64,000 nt of DNA, taken from assembly GCA_016935695.1 (NCBI GenBank), contig JAFGQL010000173.1, positions 1,735-65,734 on the forward strand. Direction: 5' to 3'. Each line of letters begins with the position of its first letter. The stretch's first letter is position 1. A program made the translations under genes and the position numbers. This stretch comes from Spirochaetales bacterium (GTDB lineage: Bacteria > Spirochaetota > Spirochaetia > JC444 > Marispirochaetaceae). Positions 57,253-64,000 of the stretch are shown here, piece after piece. The notes beneath the pieces are model-generated. The model was not told the DNA's origin. It did no database searches and saw nothing but the letters and a program-made list of their open reading frames with translations.

Positions 57253-58532
57253 GCGATCCGATTTATCCTGCTTCCGAAGATACTGCCCGGCGGTATCTGA
57301 AACGTAATTTTACCTTGAATGTCTTCGACGGGATTTCCTGGTTCACAGGCATGATTTTTCTTTCCCCGGAAAGCATTTTGCCTGTATTCCTGGACAGACT
57401 CGGCGCTGCCCCCTTTCTGATTTCCCTTATTCCCGTGTTCAAAAATCTGGGGGTGTTTTTCCCGTCTATTTTCGTGGCCAGGCGGCTTCAGAAGCTTAAG
57501 CGGAAAAAGAAATGGATCATTTTCATGGGGCTTGCCCAGAGGCTGCCCTGGTTTTTGTGCGGTCTGTTCTGTCTTTTTTATGCGGGTGAATCCCCCGGAG
57601 CTGCTGCTGCGTTCATTTTAGCCGCCTTGTTTGTCACATCGGTCGCCGGCGGGCTCAATATACCGGCGTTTATGTATTTTACGGCAAAAACCATACCTAC
57701 CGATCTTCGGGGCCGGTTGTTTGCCGTTCGTAATCTGTTGAGCTATATTCTGGGCTTTGTCTGCGGAGGGGTCATCAAGTGGCTGATGGAGGCACTGCCG
57801 AGTCCCGAAAATTTCGCCGTGCTCATGCTGATCGGCACCACAATTCTCATGCTGTATCTTCCTGCGTTTATTTTTGCAAAAGAGCCGGATGCCAAAGCAC
57901 ACCATGCCCAGACGAAAGGGAACAGGGAGTTTTTCCGCTATCTTGGTTCTCTCCTTGCGTCCAGTCCAAACCTGCGCCGCTACATTTTGGGCCGCATATT
58001 TTTTACCGTAGCCTTTGTTTCCTACAACTATTTCCCCGTGTTTTTGATACGGACCTATGACCTGCCGGAAAGTGCTGTCGGCTTATTTGCCATTATCACC
58101 GCGGCGGTTTTTGTCGTTGCCAACCCTGTGCTGGGCATCGTGAGCGACAAGAAAGGGCATCTGATAAACCATGTCCTGGGGTCCCTGGCCCTGATCGCCG
58201 CCAATCTCATTGCCATTTTTTCTCAGGTCCTGTGGCTTTCTTATCTGACAATTGCCTTGGGGGCCTTTGTACTGTGCGTACAGAATGTGTCCCTGTTCGC
58301 TCTGCCCATGGAGTTCGGCGAAGAACACGAAATACCGGTGTATGTCGGTCTTGTGGGGCTGTTTGTCGGTGTTGCTTCTCTGTTGATTCTTGTCCTGGGG
58401 GGCGTCCTGGAGCTGTTCGGCTACACGGCACTTTTTTATACATCATTGGGGGCTTCCCTGGTATCGGTTTTGTTGTATGCCACAACCGTAGAACCCAGAG
58501 GCAGAAAAGCAGTCGCTATCCGCGATGTGTAG
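57249..58532 (+). CDS. MFS transporter
   Basis: The internal ATG gives an ATGA overlap with the upstream stop. About 12 TM helices, 427 aa. Confidence 0.78.
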   Translation: MSDPIYPASEDTARRYLKRNFTLNVFDGISWFTGMIFLSPESILPVFLDRLGAAPFLISLIPVFKNLGVFFPSIFVARRLQKLKRKKKWIIFMGLAQRLPWFLCGLFCLFYAGESPGAAAAFILAALFVTSVAGGLNIPAFMYFTAKTIPTDLRGRLFAVRNLLSYILGFVCGGVIKWLMEALPSPENFAVLMLIGTTILMLYLPAFIFAKEPDAKAHHAQTKGNREFFRYLGSLLASSPNLRRYILGRIFFTVAFVSYNYFPVFLIRTYDLPESAVGLFAIITAAVFVVANPVLGIVSDKKGHLINHVLGSLALIAANLIAIFSQVLWLSYLTIALGAFVLCVQNVSLFALPMEFGEEHEIPVYVGLVGLFVGVASLLILVLGGVLELFGYTALFYTSLGASLVSVLLYATTVEPRGRKAVAIRDV

Positions 58533-58608
58533 CAGGCTCCAGATTTCATTGTTGTCGTTAATTGCATTCACGGCGAAAAGCCCTTACACTTAGCAATCGG
58601 AAACCGAA

Positions 58609-59625
58609 ATGACAGCGTTCGTAAAATTCATACTTGCCGTGTTCTTTATTCTCCTGCTCGTCCTGGCCGGAACCGCCGGTTATATGCTCATAGAGGGGTG
58701 GCCTGTTCTCGACAGCCTGTATATGACGGTGATAACCGCATCAACCGTCGGTTTTAAAGAAGTGTATCCTTTATCCCGTGTCGGCAAGGTATTTACGATC
58801 GGGTTTTTGGCGGTCAGTATCATAACCATAGGGTACACCGTGACGATCATCATTTCGTATGTGTTTGAGGGACACGCCCTGCACACGATCAAGGAGAGAA
58901 AGATGAAAAAACTGATCGGTCTCATGAAGGACCATTACATCATCTGCGGCTTCGGCGACGTGGGTAGAGAGGCAGCGGAGGAGTTTGCCCAGAAAAAGGT
59001 ACCGTTCATCGTGATTGATAACGCCTTTTCCGGGACCGACACAGAGCGTTATCCGGACTATATTTTCATTGAGGAAGACGCCACAGAGGAGCTGGTGCTG
59101 GAGAAGGCGAGGATCGACAAGGCACGGGGCCTTTTGTCCTGCCTTGCAAATGATCAGTTGAATGTGTATACGGTCCTCACTGCCCGGCAGATGAATACGT
59201 CTCTCCATATTGTCGCCCAGGCAGCGGAGAACAGGACGCGGGGAAAACTCCTTACTGCCGGCGCCGACAGGGTCATTTTGCCTAAACAGATTGCCGGGCG
59301 GCGGATGGCGACTATTGCTACCCATCCTGCCATCATAGATTTTCTGGATATTCTTTCTACCGGCGGCGACGATCAGGTCAGAATTGAATCGGCAGTCGTA
59401 AAGGACGGCTCACGCCTGATTGGCAAATCATTAAAGGAAAGCCAGATCGGCCAGGATACGGGGGTTATCATCATCGGCATTCTGGACGGCTACGGCAGAT
59501 CCCGGGTTTTAAAAGAATCCTCGGAAACCCTTTCATCTATCAGGCTCAAACCCGATGACCAGCTCATCGCCCTGGGCAATGAAGAACAGATTATCCAGCT
59601 GAAAAAGGCAATATCAAAGTCATGA
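58609..59625 (+). CDS. 2-TM potassium-channel-like protein with RCK (TrkA_N/TrkA_C) domains, non-canonical filter
   Basis: TM1, pore helix, TASTVGFKE, TM2, then the Rossmann IICGFGDVGREAA and a C-terminal TrkA_C-like domain (MthK-like layout). Confidence 0.78.
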   Translation: MTAFVKFILAVFFILLLVLAGTAGYMLIEGWPVLDSLYMTVITASTVGFKEVYPLSRVGKVFTIGFLAVSIITIGYTVTIIISYVFEGHALHTIKERKMKKLIGLMKDHYIICGFGDVGREAAEEFAQKKVPFIVIDNAFSGTDTERYPDYIFIEEDATEELVLEKARIDKARGLLSCLANDQLNVYTVLTARQMNTSLHIVAQAAENRTRGKLLTAGADRVILPKQIAGRRMATIATHPAIIDFLDILSTGGDDQVRIESAVVKDGSRLIGKSLKESQIGQDTGVIIIGILDGYGRSRVLKESSETLSSIRLKPDDQLIALGNEEQIIQLKKAISKS

Positions 59626-59656
59626 AGGGTGCGCCCCGCGCACGGCAGGAGGATGA

Positions 59657-62275
59657 ATGGATGATTTGCTGAGCACCTTGAGTACCGGGATCCCTTCCCT
59701 CGATGCCACCATCCAGGGGGTGCTTGCCGGCGATAACATTGTCCTGCAGACTGACAGCCTCGGGGATTTCATCCCCTTTGTCCACCGCTATTGTCTGAAC
59801 ATTCATGCAAGCGGCCAGAAGATCATTTATTTCCGTTTTGCCGATCATCCTTCGTTTTTGCCGGACGGTCTTGATGCGGAAATCCACCACCTTGACCCTG
59901 CCAAAGGATTTGAGGCCTTCCTGCTGGCCGTTCACCGGGTCATAGAAAAACACGGGAAGGGCGGGTATTACCTCTTTGACTGTCTGTCGGGCCTTGCGGT
60001 TGACTGGTATTCAGACCGGATGCTGGGCAACTTTTTCATGCTTGCCTGTCCGTATCTGTACCAGTTTGAGACCGTTACCTATTTTGTCCTTTTGCGTAAT
60101 CTCCACACCCCTCTGGCCATTAATGCGATCCACGAAACCGCCCAGGTCGTTCTGGATGTGTACCGCCACAGGGACATGTTCTACGTGCTTCCGTTGAAAG
60201 CCTATCTCCGCTCATCACGTACCCTGTATATGCTTCATTGCTGGGACGGCGGTGTGTTCCGCCCGGTAACCGAGAGCGCGGAGATTTCCGCCATTCTGTC
60301 GGATATCCCCCAGCCCTGGCTGGACGTGAATGTGGACCGTCGTGATCCCTGGACCAGGACCTTCATTACCGCCAGGGCCGTGTACGACGCCGTGAAAGAC
60401 GGAAAGAAACCGGCTGAAGATCCGGACAGCCTGGCGATTCGTCTTGTTCGCATGACCCTGACCAGGGAGGACGTGCTGTTTGACCTGTGTTGTAACTACT
60501 TTGAGCTGGGAGACCTTCTTGCCATCGGCAAACGGATGATCGGTACCGGACTCATCGGCGGGAAGGCGGTGGGCATGCTTCTGGCCCGGAAGATACTGGA
60601 AAAGGATGTGCCTGAATACGGTACCCGCCTTGAAACCCATGACTCCTTTTATATCGGGTCTGATGTGTTTTACAGCTATATCATCCTGAACGGAATCTGG
60701 CATGACCGCTACCGGATGAAAGGGTCTGCAGCCATGTATGAGGAAGCCGATGCGGTGGCGGAAAAACTGCGCAGCGGTTCGTTCCCCCAGGACATCGTGG
60801 CCCAGTTCCGGGAAGTTGTCGGCTACTTCGGTCAGTCGCCTCTTATAGTACGGTCAAGCAGCCTGCTTGAGGACGCCTACGGCAACGCATTTTCCGGAAA
60901 ATACGAGAGTGTGTTTTGTGCCAATCAGGGAAGTCCCGAGGAACGTCTTGCGTCGTTTATAGATGCCGTACGTACGGTGTACGCAAGCACGGCCAGCCGG
61001 GAGGCCCTGTCGTACCGCTCCCGGCGCGGGCTTCTGTCGGAAGACGAACAGATGGCAGTGCTGGTTCAACGTGTTTCAGGCGGTTTTCATGGGGACCTGT
61101 ATTTTCCCCATATCGGGGGCGTCGGGTACTCATTCAATCCCTTTGTGTGGAACGACCGGATTGATCCTGCCTCGGGAATGCTCCGCCTGGTGTTCGGCCT
61201 TGGTACACGGGCTGTTGACCGCCATGATGACGATTATACCCGCATTGCCGCTTTGAACGAGCCCCTGCTCCGCCCGGAAGGGACTTCCGATGAAGCGCGG
61301 AAAAACAGCCAGCGGATTGTGAATGTCCTGGATCTGGTCCAAAACGCCCATGTGTCCCGCTCTTTTGAAGATGTCGCAGCCTCGGCCGATGATGTGCCCC
61401 TGGAAATCTTCACCACCCGTGACCATGAAATGGAACGGAGGGCCAGGGAATACGGCAGTGCCCAGGTGTTTTCCCGGTATCTATCCTTTGAGAAACTCCT
61501 GGGAGAATCCGAGTTCCCCCGCAGGATGCAGGAAATTCTGCAGACCCTCGAAGGGGCGTACCGCCATCCTGTGGACATAGAGTTTACCGCCAATTTCACT
61601 CCTGACGGCGGGTTTGCCATAAACCTGCTCCAGTGCCGGCCTTTCCAGGTCCGGACGGAAGGAACCAGGGTGGAGCTGCCGGATGAGAAGGCTGCCCGCC
61701 GGGTGATTCTCAGGACAAGGGGGCCGGTTATCGGCCAGAGTGTTATCCGGAAAATTGACTATATCGTGTATGTTGTGCCGGAAGCCTATTCATCCCTGCC
61801 GACGGGAGAACGCTTTTCTGTTGCCCGGCTGTTGGGGAAAATCGCGAACCACCCCGAAATTGACGGATGTCTGGTCTTGATGGGGCCGGGGCGTTGGGGA
61901 AGCCGGATGCCCGAGCTCGGGGTGCCGGTATCGTTCCACGAAATACGCAACGTGTCTGTACTGTGTGAAATCTCCCGGATGCATGAAGGACTCAATACCG
62001 ACCTGTCCCTCGGGACCCATTTTTTCAACGATCTTGTGGACATGGACATCATGTACCTGGGCATTAACGAAGGTCATGAGGGAGTGGTCTTTGACCGAAA
62101 AACCCTGGAAAGCCTGCCGAACGCCTTGTCCCGCCTGGTGCCGGAAGCGGCGGCGCAGGAGCTTTTGGTCCGGGTTGTGGATACACGGTCACACGGGGCC
62201 TTTTACCTGTTCGCGGACAGTCACGAGCAGCGGGCCCTTTTGTTCGATGCGGGAACGGAAATCCCGAGTTCCTGA
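59657..62275 (+). CDS. PEP/pyruvate-binding (PPDK_N ATP-grasp) domain protein with a degenerate KaiC/RecA-like N-domain
   Basis: Residues 1 to about 280: STGIPSLDATIQGVLAGDNIVLQTDSLGDF resembles the KaiC/RadA opening but lacks a GxxGxGKT P-loop. Central LIGGKAVGMLLARKIL...VRSSSLLEDAYGNAFSGKYES is PPDK_N-like. I found no TSHAAI-type phosphohistidine swivel motif. Confidence 0.7.
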   Translation: MDDLLSTLSTGIPSLDATIQGVLAGDNIVLQTDSLGDFIPFVHRYCLNIHASGQKIIYFRFADHPSFLPDGLDAEIHHLDPAKGFEAFLLAVHRVIEKHGKGGYYLFDCLSGLAVDWYSDRMLGNFFMLACPYLYQFETVTYFVLLRNLHTPLAINAIHETAQVVLDVYRHRDMFYVLPLKAYLRSSRTLYMLHCWDGGVFRPVTESAEISAILSDIPQPWLDVNVDRRDPWTRTFITARAVYDAVKDGKKPAEDPDSLAIRLVRMTLTREDVLFDLCCNYFELGDLLAIGKRMIGTGLIGGKAVGMLLARKILEKDVPEYGTRLETHDSFYIGSDVFYSYIILNGIWHDRYRMKGSAAMYEEADAVAEKLRSGSFPQDIVAQFREVVGYFGQSPLIVRSSSLLEDAYGNAFSGKYESVFCANQGSPEERLASFIDAVRTVYASTASREALSYRSRRGLLSEDEQMAVLVQRVSGGFHGDLYFPHIGGVGYSFNPFVWNDRIDPASGMLRLVFGLGTRAVDRHDDDYTRIAALNEPLLRPEGTSDEARKNSQRIVNVLDLVQNAHVSRSFEDVAASADDVPLEIFTTRDHEMERRAREYGSAQVFSRYLSFEKLLGESEFPRRMQEILQTLEGAYRHPVDIEFTANFTPDGGFAINLLQCRPFQVRTEGTRVELPDEKAARRVILRTRGPVIGQSVIRKIDYIVYVVPEAYSSLPTGERFSVARLLGKIANHPEIDGCLVLMGPGRWGSRMPELGVPVSFHEIRNVSVLCEISRMHEGLNTDLSLGTHFFNDLVDMDIMYLGINEGHEGVVFDRKTLESLPNALSRLVPEAAAQELLVRVVDTRSHGAFYLFADSHEQRALLFDAGTEIPSS

Positions 62276-62317
62276 TTGTCCGGACGGGGTGTATACATGA
62301 TCTGTGAATAATTTTGG

Positions 62318-63719
<1,402 letters not shown>

Positions 63720-63761
63720 CAATAAGTATTGTATTTTTTAAAAGCGAAAGAGATTTCATAC

Positions 63762-63788
63762 CCCCGGCTTAAGCGCCGGGGTTTTTTT
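63762..63788 (+). terminator. intrinsic terminator of gdhA
   Basis: CCCCGGC-TTAAGC-GCCGGGG, a 7-bp stem, followed by seven T (63782-63788). Confidence 0.85.
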
Positions 63789-63794
63789 ATGCGT

Positions 63795-64000
63795 CTATAT
63801 TGTCTGGGGCGCGGCGAGCATGGCAGCGGCGCGCTTTTCCAGATCGGTGTAGGGGAAAAGGCGTTCATACTCAACCAGGGCCGATAAGGCGTGGGAATCC
63901 AGACGCATGCCCGATTCCTCGAGAATGGCCACCGGATTGAGCCCCCCTACGATGATCAGCCCCAGGCATTCTGTATTCACCGGCAGTTCGCATACCGGCT
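63795..64000 (-). CDS. C-terminal end of an unidentified protein (gene continues beyond the right edge)
   Basis: The frame stays open to the window end (...PVCELPVNTECLGLIIVGGLNPVAILEESGMRLDSHALSALVEYERLFPYTDLEKRAAAMLAAPQTI). The GTG start in the ORF track is probably internal. Family not recognised. Confidence 0.5.
   Translation of the reverse strand, partial: PVCELPVNTECLGLIIVGGLNPVAILEESGMRLDSHALSALVEYERLFPYTDLEKRAAAMLAAPQTI

Overview
This is a 64-kb chromosomal segment of a mid-GC bacterium. Many products carry lipobox-type signal peptides. The gene content reminds me of a free-living spirochaete, but that is an unverified guess. I count about 55 protein-coding genes, one tRNA-Ser(CGA) and three decayed gene remnants. 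I saw no rRNA, CRISPR array, transposase, integrase or phage genes. Main blocks, left to right: (1) a pentapeptide-repeat protein, a lipoprotein and a heterodimeric ABC exporter in one operon; (2) monomeric isocitrate dehydrogenase and an orphan HisKA_2 kinase; (3) a GH20 hexosaminidase remnant, a Gfo/Idh/MocA oxidoreductase, a 7TMR-DISM diguanylate cyclase and a five-gene Opp/Dpp-type peptide importer; (4) an odd nucleotidyltransferase-like gene, a ybaK remnant, a YtcJ-type amidohydrolase and modABC; (5) a lone SF1/UvrD-like helicase with a coiled-coil N-domain; (6) a sugar-sensing module (binding protein, LytS/YesM kinase, YesN regulator, second binding protein) followed by a ChvE/GguAB-like sugar ABC importer; (7) djlA, a GH63-like hydrolase, small lipoproteins, a YkgJ-type Cys-cluster protein, an EEP nuclease/phosphatase, the tRNA and apbC/mrp; (8) a compositionally patchy accessory stretch with a CBM-like remnant, a beta-helix/FN3 protein, an MBL hydrolase, AraC, a VWA-FlgO protein and a MerR-controlled ABC-2 exporter; (9) a long plus-strand block with an MCP, fasciclin, katG, ybaN, an OYE flavoprotein, an MFS transporter, an RCK K+ channel, a PEP/pyruvate-binding protein with a degenerate KaiC-like N-domain, and gdhA. 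No known defence or mobile system is evident. The most unusual candidates are the PRP-lipoprotein-ABC operon, the coiled-coil helicase, the pseudo-KaiC/PPDK_N fusion and the dual-receptor sugar sensor. All family calls come from motif recognition by eye, not database searches.
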